Source of the DNA: Thermoproteota archaeon | Lineage (GTDB): Archaea; Asgardarchaeota; Jordiarchaeia; Jordiarchaeales; Freyrarchaeaceae | Length of the DNA stretch: 31,854 nucleotides | NCBI GenBank assembly: GCA_029258835.1 | Contig: JAPDJY010000057.1 | Coordinates: forward strand, 1 to 31,854 | Reading direction: 5' to 3' | Part shown: positions 17,647-26,492 of the stretch, one piece after another | How the letters are laid out: each line of letters starts with the position of its first letter | Position numbering within the stretch: the first letter of the stretch is position 1 | Notes under the pieces: generated by a model | Told to the model about the DNA's origin: nothing | Seen by the model: only the letters and a program-made list of their open reading frames with translations | Database searches by the model: none | Position numbers and translations under genes: made by a program

Positions 17647-19026
17647 GTGGGTGAGTCTGAGATGAAGCTTCCTTACGGTGGATTAACCGTGAAGATTAGG
17701 ATTCCTTACCCCATGTTTGAAGTGAGCGTTAACCCGGTGGAAGGAGTTAGGGATCCTGAGGTGGTTATTAGGGATTGTTTACGGCAACCTTTAGGCTTGG
17801 ATGAGCTTTCAGGATTAGTTAAGAAGGGAAGTAAGGTTACCATATGCTTTGAGGGTGTACATGTTCCTGGCGGTTATAGGAGGCATGTCCTAAGAATTCT
17901 CCTCCAAGAGCTGCAAAGGGCTGGCGTTAGGAAAGAAGATGTAACTCTGGTGGCTGCCACGGGGGTTTACAGGAAGCCAAGCTTCAAGGAGTTAAGTAGA
18001 ATGATCGGTGCGGATGTGGCTGGCAGGCATACCCTAATCATTCATGACTGTGAGAATCAAAAAACTATGGTGAGGATTGGAGAGACGCCCTTTGGAGGCC
18101 CTTTAGAGGTTAACAAGTGGGTGGTTGAATCGGACCTAACCATTATCTTAGCTAAAGTGATTCCTTGGAGTTTCTGGGGTGGTTACAATTCAGGTTCAAG
18201 GGTTTTATCTCTTGACCTGACTTCCATAAGAACGGCAGAGCAGTACTATGACTTTGACGTTGTCAGTAATGCCGCATGCAATGGCGATCCTTACCGGAAC
18301 CCACTTCAGAGGGCATGCTGGAAAACGGTTAACATTGTGGAGGACGAGAAAGGCTCTCCCTTATTCTTCGTTGAAATAGTCTCCTCGATCAAGGGGGCAC
18401 TACTGGCGGCTAAGGCGGGAAGGCAGAGCGAGGTGGAGAAAACATGCTGGCGTGAAGCAGATAGGCAATACCTTGCAAGAGTTAGAGAGAGAGGGGGGCT
18501 TTTAGTCCTAGGTGTTCCAGAGGTGACGTTTCTCGGGGAGACGGGGAGGGATCCCATTGCACTGCTTCACGCTTTAACTTACGCTTTCAGAAATTACAGG
18601 AATAAGCCTTCCATCCTGAGGGATGGGATCGTGTTGACGGCGGCAGAATGCAGTGAGCCGGTGGGAAGGGGCGGCGCCGCTGAAGCGTTTAAAATGCTAC
18701 TTAAGGTAGAATCCATCGAAGAGCTCAGAAAGCACCATGAACTTCAGAGGAAACCAGCCTTAATTAAGGCGTATAGGGAGGGAGAGGCATCCCACCCACT
18801 CTACCAGTTTTTCACCTTATACCCTGCATCGTTCATCTTAGATTACGTGGATGACATTCTTATTTTTGGATGTAAGTCTCATCGTGCTGCGAAAGCGATA
18901 AGAGGGACGCCAATACAAAAAGAAAGCGAGGCATTCAAGATCATTGAGGAACAGCTTGGACCGGACCCCTTAACCATCGCCTCCCCAGACTACTTCGTTA
19001 AAGGACCTGCCATACAAGCCACTTAA
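17647..19026 (+). CDS. LarA / lactate-racemase-like (DUF2088) protein with a degenerate active site
   Basis: 'LPYG', 'CLRQPLG', 'VAATGVYRK', 'IIHDC', 'GETPFGGPLEVNKWVVESDL' match the LarA N-domain pattern. Confidence 0.75.
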   Translation: MGESEMKLPYGGLTVKIRIPYPMFEVSVNPVEGVRDPEVVIRDCLRQPLGLDELSGLVKKGSKVTICFEGVHVPGGYRRHVLRILLQELQRAGVRKEDVTLVAATGVYRKPSFKELSRMIGADVAGRHTLIIHDCENQKTMVRIGETPFGGPLEVNKWVVESDLTIILAKVIPWSFWGGYNSGSRVLSLDLTSIRTAEQYYDFDVVSNAACNGDPYRNPLQRACWKTVNIVEDEKGSPLFFVEIVSSIKGALLAAKAGRQSEVEKTCWREADRQYLARVRERGGLLVLGVPEVTFLGETGRDPIALLHALTYAFRNYRNKPSILRDGIVLTAAECSEPVGRGGAAEAFKMLLKVESIEELRKHHELQRKPALIKAYREGEASHPLYQFFTLYPASFILDYVDDILIFGCKSHRAAKAIRGTPIQKESEAFKIIEEQLGPDPLTIASPDYFVKGPAIQAT

Positions 19027-19064
19027 ATGGGGCCGCGTAGTAACAAATGAGGAGGCGAAGAAAG

Positions 19065-19760
<696 letters not shown>

Positions 19761-19775
19761 CTAAACCCTCACCAT

Positions 19776-20687
19776 TCAGCATTTCAACTTTTCCCCTTTT
19801 GGAAGACGGAGAACCACGTTTCCGCCCTTTGGAACCCCTATACACTCGGCTACGGGCGTACATTTCGTCCTTAAGAGAAAGTAGACATCGCATGGATGCT
19901 CGACTTCCGTCATGGACTCGAAGTTTCCCATCCCCTTAGCAACTATTACGTCAGCCTTCTGGTACTCCTCAAGGAACTCGCTGGAGCACTCGTGGAGGAA
20001 CAAACCTATGCAGTCCGTACCCGTCGTCACGACGTTATCAGCCACCTTGTGCATTTCTGCTTCTAAGGCGTCCGCCATGGTTGCATCATTCATTACAGGG
20101 CCTCCTTTAACCGCAACTGTGACCCTCGCGCCCACGCGCTTTAACTCTCTAACCAAGACCGTATCAAAAACGATTTCCCCAGCGTTATCCGTTAAGTAAA
20201 GGACGGAGCTCCCTTTAACTGCTTTATACAATTTCTCTGTGTCATCTATCACTAACTCGTCCTCCGCTTTCACGACGGCTTCCGTAACATCTTCAAGTCT
20301 AAACTCGTGCCCTAACACGTCGAACTCTATTATGTTGCCTGCCACCGCCAAGAGGCAGGCTTGCCTAAATTTTTCAAACCCGTCTTTGTCCTTCAAACTT
20401 TTAGACACGTTTGAAAGAACGTTTAACGCAACCCTGTTGGACTCAGCCTTAATCTTAGCGAACGGGTCATCAACTCCGATGACTTCACGTATCACGCGCT
20501 CTCTTACCGTCCCAAGGTAAGCTGGTACAAGGTGGAACGGGTGGTCTTCATGGTTAATCTCCCTGTTGATGGCTTCAACTACTGCCTTGACAGCTTTCAT
20601 CCTAGCGTCGACGTCGCCGGTCAACCGCTCAACTTCTTTATAAGCTCTCGATATCAAGCAAACAATGCAGATCGGCTTAATTTTCAT
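19776..20687 (-). CDS. DUF89 / ARMT1-like damage-control phosphatase
   Basis: N-terminal CxxC, 'DPF', 'AGNII', 'DNAGEIVFD', 'NDAT', 'KGMGNFE', 'KC'. Confidence 0.9.
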   Translation of the reverse strand: MKIKPICIVCLISRAYKEVERLTGDVDARMKAVKAVVEAINREINHEDHPFHLVPAYLGTVRERVIREVIGVDDPFAKIKAESNRVALNVLSNVSKSLKDKDGFEKFRQACLLAVAGNIIEFDVLGHEFRLEDVTEAVVKAEDELVIDDTEKLYKAVKGSSVLYLTDNAGEIVFDTVLVRELKRVGARVTVAVKGGPVMNDATMADALEAEMHKVADNVVTTGTDCIGLFLHECSSEFLEEYQKADVIVAKGMGNFESMTEVEHPCDVYFLLRTKCTPVAECIGVPKGGNVVLRLPKGEKLKC

Positions 20688-20700
20688 CCTGAAGCCCCTT

Positions 20701-21834
20701 TTACATTGTTTCTAAGGGTATCTTATTTATGCTCTTTCCCCCTTCCTCCCTCACCACGACGGTGTTTTCAACACGTATACCGCCAAACCTAGGAATGTAA
20801 ATTGCCGGTTTAATGCTGAAAACCATGCCAGCCCTAACCGGCTCATTGTTATTTAGCGATATTATAGGGGGCTCCTTAATGTCGAGGCCGACGCCGTGAC
20901 CCGTAGGATATATGAAGAACTCTTCGTATCCCCCTTCCTTGACCGTCTTCCTTGCTGCTTGGTCCACGTTTCCCAGCGGGGATCCGGGTTTCAACTCGCT
21001 GACCGCGCTTTGAAAAGCACGATTAACGATGCCGAATATTTCCTTATGCTTCTCCTTGGGCTTGCCCGTGTAAAGGGTTCTTGAGAGGCGTGCATGATAC
21101 CCATTATATGCGGCGCTTACAACTATAACTACGATTTCGTTTTCCCCTATCTTTTTGTTGCTTGCTTTCTCGTATGGGTAAGCCGACCTCTCCCCCGAGA
21201 CGATGCTGCTTTCAACGTCCTCGCCTTGAGAGCCGGCCTTCATCATGGTGCTTTCGACTTCGGAGAGCACCTCCACCTCGGAGACTCCAGGGTTAATCAT
21301 TTCAAGAGCAGTTCTAAGCCCCTTTTCAGCTATTTCAGCGGCTTTTTGGATGTTATCGATTTCAGCCATATCCTTTGTAGACCGGATCCTCCAGAAACCA
21401 GATGAAACATCTTTGAATCCTGTTTTGGGTAGCTCCTTCTTCATTTCCTCAAAAAGGTAGACTTTCATATCGTAAAACTCGACGCCAATAAGCTTATCAA
21501 GCAGGTTCTTCTCTTCAAGAAGCTTCCTCAGCACGTCTATGATTCCGCCAACTCTCTCCCCATCCATACGGATTGGATACGGACTGTAATACCTTATGTC
21601 CTTAATCCACGAAAACTCTGCTGCCCTATCGAATTCATACCGGGGAACTATCAAAACGGGATCATCGTCTAGAGGGGTGAGAAACGCGCTAACTTCACTT
21701 AAGCGAGGCTTAACGAAACCGGTTAAATAGTAGATGTTTTTAGGGTTGAACGTTAAAATGGCGTCAACCTCCATGCTTCTCATAAGACCATAAACCTTCT
21801 CGATCCTTGTGGAGATACTCCGCAAAGCGGCCAC
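20701..21834 (-). CDS. Xaa-Pro peptidase/creatinase (M24) fold protein lacking most metal ligands
   Basis: Creatinase N-domain 'NIYYLTGF', plus 'GHGVGL', 'EPP' and 'GGIRVEN'. The Asp/Asp/Glu ligands are replaced. Confidence 0.85.
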   Translation of the reverse strand: MAALRSISTRIEKVYGLMRSMEVDAILTFNPKNIYYLTGFVKPRLSEVSAFLTPLDDDPVLIVPRYEFDRAAEFSWIKDIRYYSPYPIRMDGERVGGIIDVLRKLLEEKNLLDKLIGVEFYDMKVYLFEEMKKELPKTGFKDVSSGFWRIRSTKDMAEIDNIQKAAEIAEKGLRTALEMINPGVSEVEVLSEVESTMMKAGSQGEDVESSIVSGERSAYPYEKASNKKIGENEIVVIVVSAAYNGYHARLSRTLYTGKPKEKHKEIFGIVNRAFQSAVSELKPGSPLGNVDQAARKTVKEGGYEEFFIYPTGHGVGLDIKEPPIISLNNNEPVRAGMVFSIKPAIYIPRFGGIRVENTVVVREEGGKSINKIPLETM

Positions 21835-22028
21835 CCCGCCAATAACACTTAAACTTTAAACCCTTAAAAGGCATATAAAAAGATGTCCTCACACGGGTAA
21901 GTGAAGCAAACACTTTAGAACTTTAAGTCATTTCCCAGAAAAGTAGCTGTGTAATATGAAGATGACACTAAGAATTATAAAGTCCCTCTCTCTAAACCGA
22001 GAAACATCATTCAGAAGAGGTTCTAGTT

Positions 22029-22514
22029 TTGACGGATGTAACCATATCTCTTAAGGTGCCAAGGGAAATATTGCACTTCCTAGACGAGAAAGTTGGGCAA
22101 GGAAGAAGATCTGAGTTCATAAGGCAAGCTATAATAGAGAAGCTTAAAATGAGCAATGAGGACGCTAGAGACCCTATCATCAAAGAAATAGACAGTTTGA
22201 AGAGGAAAGTGGAGGAGTTGGAAAGAATACTCCGTGTGCATAAGCTGGGGGAAGGAGGGAGAAAGCAGCACCCACTATATAGGATATGTAGAGATGAAAA
22301 CGACAGGAAGATAGTTGAATACTTACTTAGGGAGGGGGGAGCTACCACTAAGGAGCTAGAAAAAGTGGTGGGATTAAAGAGAAGGCAGATCTTGAACCGA
22401 ATGAAATATCTTTCAGAAAAGGCCGAGAAGGAGCTTGGAAGAGGCACTTTAAGGTATATACGTTCACGAGTTAAAGGTAAGAGACAGGCGTGGTGGTTGA
22501 AGGACGGGCATTAA
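22029..22514 (+). CDS. Ribbon-helix-helix plus coiled-coil plus winged-HTH DNA-binding protein
   Basis: RHH 'VTISLKVP...LDEKV...RSEFIRQAI'; HTH 'ATTKELEKVVGLKRRQILNRM'. Confidence 0.78.
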   Translation: MTDVTISLKVPREILHFLDEKVGQGRRSEFIRQAIIEKLKMSNEDARDPIIKEIDSLKRKVEELERILRVHKLGEGGRKQHPLYRICRDENDRKIVEYLLREGGATTKELEKVVGLKRRQILNRMKYLSEKAEKELGRGTLRYIRSRVKGKRQAWWLKDGH

Positions 22515-22688
22515 ATAGAAAATGAAGGTGGCATGGCTCTCCTTATGGAAGCTATTCTTTCGGTATCCAGTACCTTGACCCGTTGAACAAGCGGAATCCG
22601 TCTTCTTGGCCGAATTCCTTACAGTGACGTGAAGAAACGTGAAGATTGATAAAATTTATTTGTTTGAGCTTTAATCTATTTAAGTGGC

Positions 22689-22803
22689 GGGTCTGTGGCC
22701 TAGCCAGGATAGGGCGTCGGCCTCCGGAGCCGATAGTCGAGAGCGCTTGTGCGCCGGTAAGGTTCAAAACCGTTGGTTGGGGAAAGTCCCTCCAGACCCG
22801 CCA
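22689..22803 (+). tRNA. tRNA-Arg(CCG) with two non-canonical introns: 51/52 (22742-22760) and 59/60 (22769-22786)
   Basis: Acceptor stem GGGTCTG/CAGACCC, A20, G73, CCA. Anticodon arm TCGGC CT CCG GA GCCGA. Removing both inserts restores GAGGG TTCAAAT CCCTC and a 78-nt mature tRNA. Confidence 0.92.
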
Positions 22804-22856
22804 CACTTAATTTGTATTTCCGTCTTTTTCTTTTCTGGTGATACAGGTGAGCGGCT

Positions 22857-24746
22857 ATGATCTTAAAGGTTAAATCGGAAATAGCGGATGCGCTTTGGTG
22901 CGCCTTAGAGGCCTTAGATTTCGCTTCTGCAACCTCGAAAAGCGAGGTTTCGCAGCTTTCAGAGACGCCTGATCCTAAGTTAGGTGATATTGCCTCCTCG
23001 ATCCCGCTTAAGCTTGCGAAGCCTCTCAGTAGGAAGCCCATGGAGATAGCTGAAAGCATAGTTGCGTGTATAAAGATGCCTCCATTGGTTAGGAGGGTTG
23101 AGGCTGCAGCGCCAGGCTACGTAAACTTTTTCCTAGATGATGAGAGGCTTACAGCTGAGCTGATAAAGCATGTTATGGAGGAAGGGGAAAGCTACGGATC
23201 CTCTGATTTAGGGAGAGGTAGGAAAGTGATAGTGGAGCACACGGCGGTTAATCCGACTAAGCCTCTTCACATAGGACATCTCAGAAACGCCGTTCTAGGC
23301 GATGTTGTGGCGAACCTTTATAGGGCGTGTGGCTGGGACGTTGAGGTTCAAAACTACATTGACGACTTAGGACGCCAGATGGGAGTTTTAGTCTGGGCTT
23401 TTATGAACAACGTACACTTGGATGTTCCAAGGGAGAAGGATATGAAGCTTGACTTCTGGTACGGGCTAGTCTACGCTAAGGCAGCTCAGATATTGAAGGA
23501 TAAGCCTGAACTGGAAGGGGATGTTGACAGGGTAATGAGGGAGATGGCTGCTGGCGAAGGGGAAGCCTCCCTTTTTAGCAGGCAGCTTGCGGAGAAATGT
23601 GTTGAGTCAAACCTAGAAACGACTTCTAGGGTTGGCATCACCTATGACTTGCTGGTCTGGGAGAGCGACGTGGCAAGGGCGCGGCTCTGGGAGAACACCA
23701 TGAAGATCCTTGAAAAGTCAGAACATTTCGTATGGGAGACGGAGGGGGAGTATAAAGGCTGCTTTGTAGCTAAGCTGAGTCATCTTGAAGAATTTAAAGA
23801 CAAGAAGAACCCTGACAAGGTTCTCGTACGTTCGAACATGGTTCCGACCTACGTGGCTCACGATATAGCATACCAGCTCTGGAAGTTCGGCCTTCTAGAA
23901 GTGGACATGAGTTACAGGCCGTGGCATAAGCAGTTTAATGGCAGAGTCCTCTGGACTACGACTCCTATCTTAGGTGTTTCATCAGATAGCTTTGCAAAAG
24001 CGGATAGAGTGATAAACGTTATAGGCTACGAGCAGGAATACCTACAGAAAACCATCAAGGTATGCTTAAAGCTTCTAGGGCACTTGGAGCAAGCGAAGAA
24101 CTCTATCCACTTATCATATAAGCACGTGCAGCTTTTAGGGGAACGCTTCTCGGGCCGGGAGGGGAACTGGGTTGGCTACCATGCAGACGCGGTCATCAAC
24201 CAAACTCTGCTTTGCGCCTACGAGCAAGTTGACAAGAACTTCCCCGGCCTCCCTGAGATCGAGAAAAGACAAATAGCAGAGATTATAGCAGTCGGAGCCG
24301 TAAGATACTGGCTTACAAAATTCAGCACAGAGCAAACTATAATTTTTGACTACGGGAAGGTAGCCAACTTTGACGGTGAAACCGGGCCTTACATCCAGTA
24401 TGCAGCTGTAAGGGCGAAGAGCATACTTGAGAAAGCGGGGGAGACGCCTAAGCCAGACATCAACCCTGCGAAGCTTAAAGGCCAGAGGGAGGTAGAGCTG
24501 ATTAAACACATAGCAAAGTTCCCTGAAGCTGTTAAATCGTCAGCTGAGCAGTTAAAGCCAAACCTCCTTGCGGAATATACCTACCGGCTAGCTAACAAGT
24601 TTAGCAAATTCTATGAAGAATGCCCCGTCCTAACCGCAGAAGACCCTGAAACAAGGGAAGCCCGCCTCGCCCTAGTCCAAGTCACCTTTCAAACGCTAAA
24701 AAACGCATTGAAACTGCTTGGAATAGAAATCCCCCCAAAAATGTAG
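22857..24746 (+). CDS. argS: Arginine--tRNA ligase
   Basis: 'GYVNF', 'EHTAVNPTKPLHIGHLRN', 'FSGREG', 'GETGPYIQYA'; ends 'PPKM'. Confidence 0.97.
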   Translation: MILKVKSEIADALWCALEALDFASATSKSEVSQLSETPDPKLGDIASSIPLKLAKPLSRKPMEIAESIVACIKMPPLVRRVEAAAPGYVNFFLDDERLTAELIKHVMEEGESYGSSDLGRGRKVIVEHTAVNPTKPLHIGHLRNAVLGDVVANLYRACGWDVEVQNYIDDLGRQMGVLVWAFMNNVHLDVPREKDMKLDFWYGLVYAKAAQILKDKPELEGDVDRVMREMAAGEGEASLFSRQLAEKCVESNLETTSRVGITYDLLVWESDVARARLWENTMKILEKSEHFVWETEGEYKGCFVAKLSHLEEFKDKKNPDKVLVRSNMVPTYVAHDIAYQLWKFGLLEVDMSYRPWHKQFNGRVLWTTTPILGVSSDSFAKADRVINVIGYEQEYLQKTIKVCLKLLGHLEQAKNSIHLSYKHVQLLGERFSGREGNWVGYHADAVINQTLLCAYEQVDKNFPGLPEIEKRQIAEIIAVGAVRYWLTKFSTEQTIIFDYGKVANFDGETGPYIQYAAVRAKSILEKAGETPKPDINPAKLKGQREVELIKHIAKFPEAVKSSAEQLKPNLLAEYTYRLANKFSKFYEECPVLTAEDPETREARLALVQVTFQTLKNALKLLGIEIPPKM

Positions 24747-24784
24747 ACTAACACGCAAAAGGACGTTGCAAGCGATGAAATGAA

Positions 24785-24799
24785 AGAAAAGTTTATAGA
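24785..24799 (+). promoter_or_regulatory. BRE/TATA promoter of tRNA-Arg(GCG)
   Basis: Purine-rich AGAAAAG followed by TTTATAGA, about 30 nt upstream of the tRNA. Confidence 0.55.
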
Positions 24800-24824
24800 T
24801 AAACGGGGTAATCTTAAGATTTGA

Positions 24825-24975
24825 GGGCCCCTCGCCCAGCCAGGATTATTCCTGAAAGGGCGCTAACGGTAAGGTGCGTAAGCCTGCGGAGCTAGTGGTC
24901 GCAAGAGGAGAGGGAGACCCTCCTCTGGCTAAGGGTTCAAATGGGGTTCCAGAATAAATCCCGCGGGGCCCGCCA
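24825..24975 (+). tRNA. tRNA-Arg(GCG) with four non-canonical introns: 20a/21 (24847-24856), 29/30 (24866-24881), 50/51 (24903-24932), 58/59 (24941-24957)
   Basis: Splicing all four gives GGGCCCCTCGCCCAGCCAGGATAGGGCGCTAGCCTGCGGAGCTAGTGGTCGCGGGTTCAAATCCCGCGGGGCCCGCCA, a fully paired 78-nt cloverleaf with A20, G73 and CCA. Confidence 0.9.
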
Positions 24976-25017
24976 TCAACCTTTATTTAAACGGGTGGAA
25001 CTGTCTTCTTCTTTCAG

Positions 25018-26073
25018 GTGATTTTTATGAGTGTAGGGTTGATCTATCATGAGGATTACGGGTCTCTCCATGTGCCCTTTTTCCCTAAGCCTTGGATGGA
25101 GGGGTTTGAATGCCCCGAAAGGGCCTCCTTAACCATGCGCCGCCTTGAAGAGGTAGGCCTCCTAAGTGAGGTTGAAAGGTTTACGCCACATCAGGCTTCT
25201 AAAGGGGATTTGCTAAAAGTTCATAGCCCATACCTTTACGATGTAGTTAAGGAGCTATCCAAGTTTGAGAGGGGGGAAGTGGGCTCCTCAAGCCTTACCT
25301 CTAAGGACACGTTTAAGCTTGCATGCTTAGCAGCTGGGGGAGCCGTGAAGGCGGTGGAAGTTGTCGCCGAGGGAAAATGCCGTCAGTCCATTGCATTGGT
25401 TCGCCCTCCTGGCCATCATGCTGGTTGGGGGTGTGCTTCAGGCCTGTGCTTCTTTAATAATGTGGCAGTAGCCGTGAGAAGGCTACAAGACATGGACGTC
25501 AGGAGAGTGCTAATTTTGGATGTTGATAGCCACCCGGGCGATGGAACAGCTCAAATATTCTACTCTGACCCGGACGTTTTCGTACTATCCTTCCATGAGT
25601 ACGACTTGGAGGTTGCGGGTAGAGGGTGGATTGGCGAGGAAGGGGATGGAAATGGACGAGGGGCCACGTTGAATGTCCCGTTACCGCCGGGGACCAACGG
25701 TCGAACCTACATTTGGGCCTTTGAAAGGGTTTTCTTCAACGTGGCAGACTTCTTTAAGCCGGAGTTCATAGTGGTTTCCCTCGGACTGGATGCACACTAT
25801 GCTGATCCTGTTGGGAACATGCGCCTGCAGGCTTTAGACTACAACGAGATTGCTGGACAGATAGTTTCCGTGGCGGAGGAATACTGCAAAGGGCGGGTCG
25901 CCTTCATTTTAGAAGGGGGATATAACCTTCTCGCTCTCCCACTCTCGGTAGCCGCGGTTCTCTCCCGATTAACGGAGCGGAGAGTTGAGTACTACGATAG
26001 GATTGAGGTGGAAGGAAAGCCGCCTAGCTCCGTTAAGCAACTCGTCAACATGCTGTTAGACAGGTTTCCTTAA
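25018..26073 (+). CDS. Histone deacetylase / acetylpolyamine amidohydrolase family protein
   Basis: 'ECPER', 'RPPGHHA', 'GLCFFNN', 'DVDSHPGDGT', 'NVPL', 'GLDAHYADP', 'LEGGY'. Confidence 0.93.
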   Translation: MIFMSVGLIYHEDYGSLHVPFFPKPWMEGFECPERASLTMRRLEEVGLLSEVERFTPHQASKGDLLKVHSPYLYDVVKELSKFERGEVGSSSLTSKDTFKLACLAAGGAVKAVEVVAEGKCRQSIALVRPPGHHAGWGCASGLCFFNNVAVAVRRLQDMDVRRVLILDVDSHPGDGTAQIFYSDPDVFVLSFHEYDLEVAGRGWIGEEGDGNGRGATLNVPLPPGTNGRTYIWAFERVFFNVADFFKPEFIVVSLGLDAHYADPVGNMRLQALDYNEIAGQIVSVAEEYCKGRVAFILEGGYNLLALPLSVAAVLSRLTERRVEYYDRIEVEGKPPSSVKQLVNMLLDRFP

Positions 26074-26108
26074 TGAGTACGCGACGGGGAATGTGGGAGT
26101 AGTGAGGG

Positions 26109-26492
26109 CTATGCTTCGCGTCTTCCTAACTCGGCGGCTATCCCTTCGGCAAGCTTACACGTGTTTCTAATGACTTCCTCTATGTCCTCTCTGGAGGCAC
26201 CATCTATGTGGACGCCACCTACCACAACAACCCTTTTACCTGTTTTCTTAGACACCTTCTCGGCCAGTAGCCTAGTTAGAACATTATCTCTGTGGGAGGG
26301 GATAGTAAACGTTGAAGTGGATACCGCCCACCTTCCCCCTTCTTTCCTGTAAGGTAGGGATATTGAAACTGCACCTATGTGAGGCTTATCCCCCCCGCCT
26401 ACACATAGGATTATATCATCCCCGATCCATACGGGGATACACCACACCCTTCGCCGCCCCTCTCCCTCCACTCTCCTGGCGAACTCCTTCAC
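26109..26492 (-). CDS. LpdD-like (prenylated-flavin chaperone-like) small protein
   Basis: 'GGDKPHIGAV', 'HRD' and 'GVHIDGAS' pattern. Its start overlaps the AOR stop (GTGA). Confidence 0.65.
   Translation of the reverse strand: MKEFARRVEGEGRRRVWCIPVWIGDDIILCVGGGDKPHIGAVSISLPYRKEGGRWAVSTSTFTIPSHRDNVLTRLLAEKVSKKTGKRVVVVGGVHIDGASREDIEEVIRNTCKLAEGIAAELGRREA

Noticed and set aside
17612-17660. Box C/D sRNA (CTGA 17612, ATGATGA 17628, CTGA 17657)
   Set aside because: The spacing does not fit a C-D'-C'-D layout with roughly 12-nt guides, and the region overlaps the start of the LarA-like gene.
24825-24975. tRNA-Arg(GCG) as a pseudogene (unusual C9, many insertions)
   Set aside because: All stems pair after splicing, identity elements, CCA and a promoter are present, and every insertion has a BHB-like signature.
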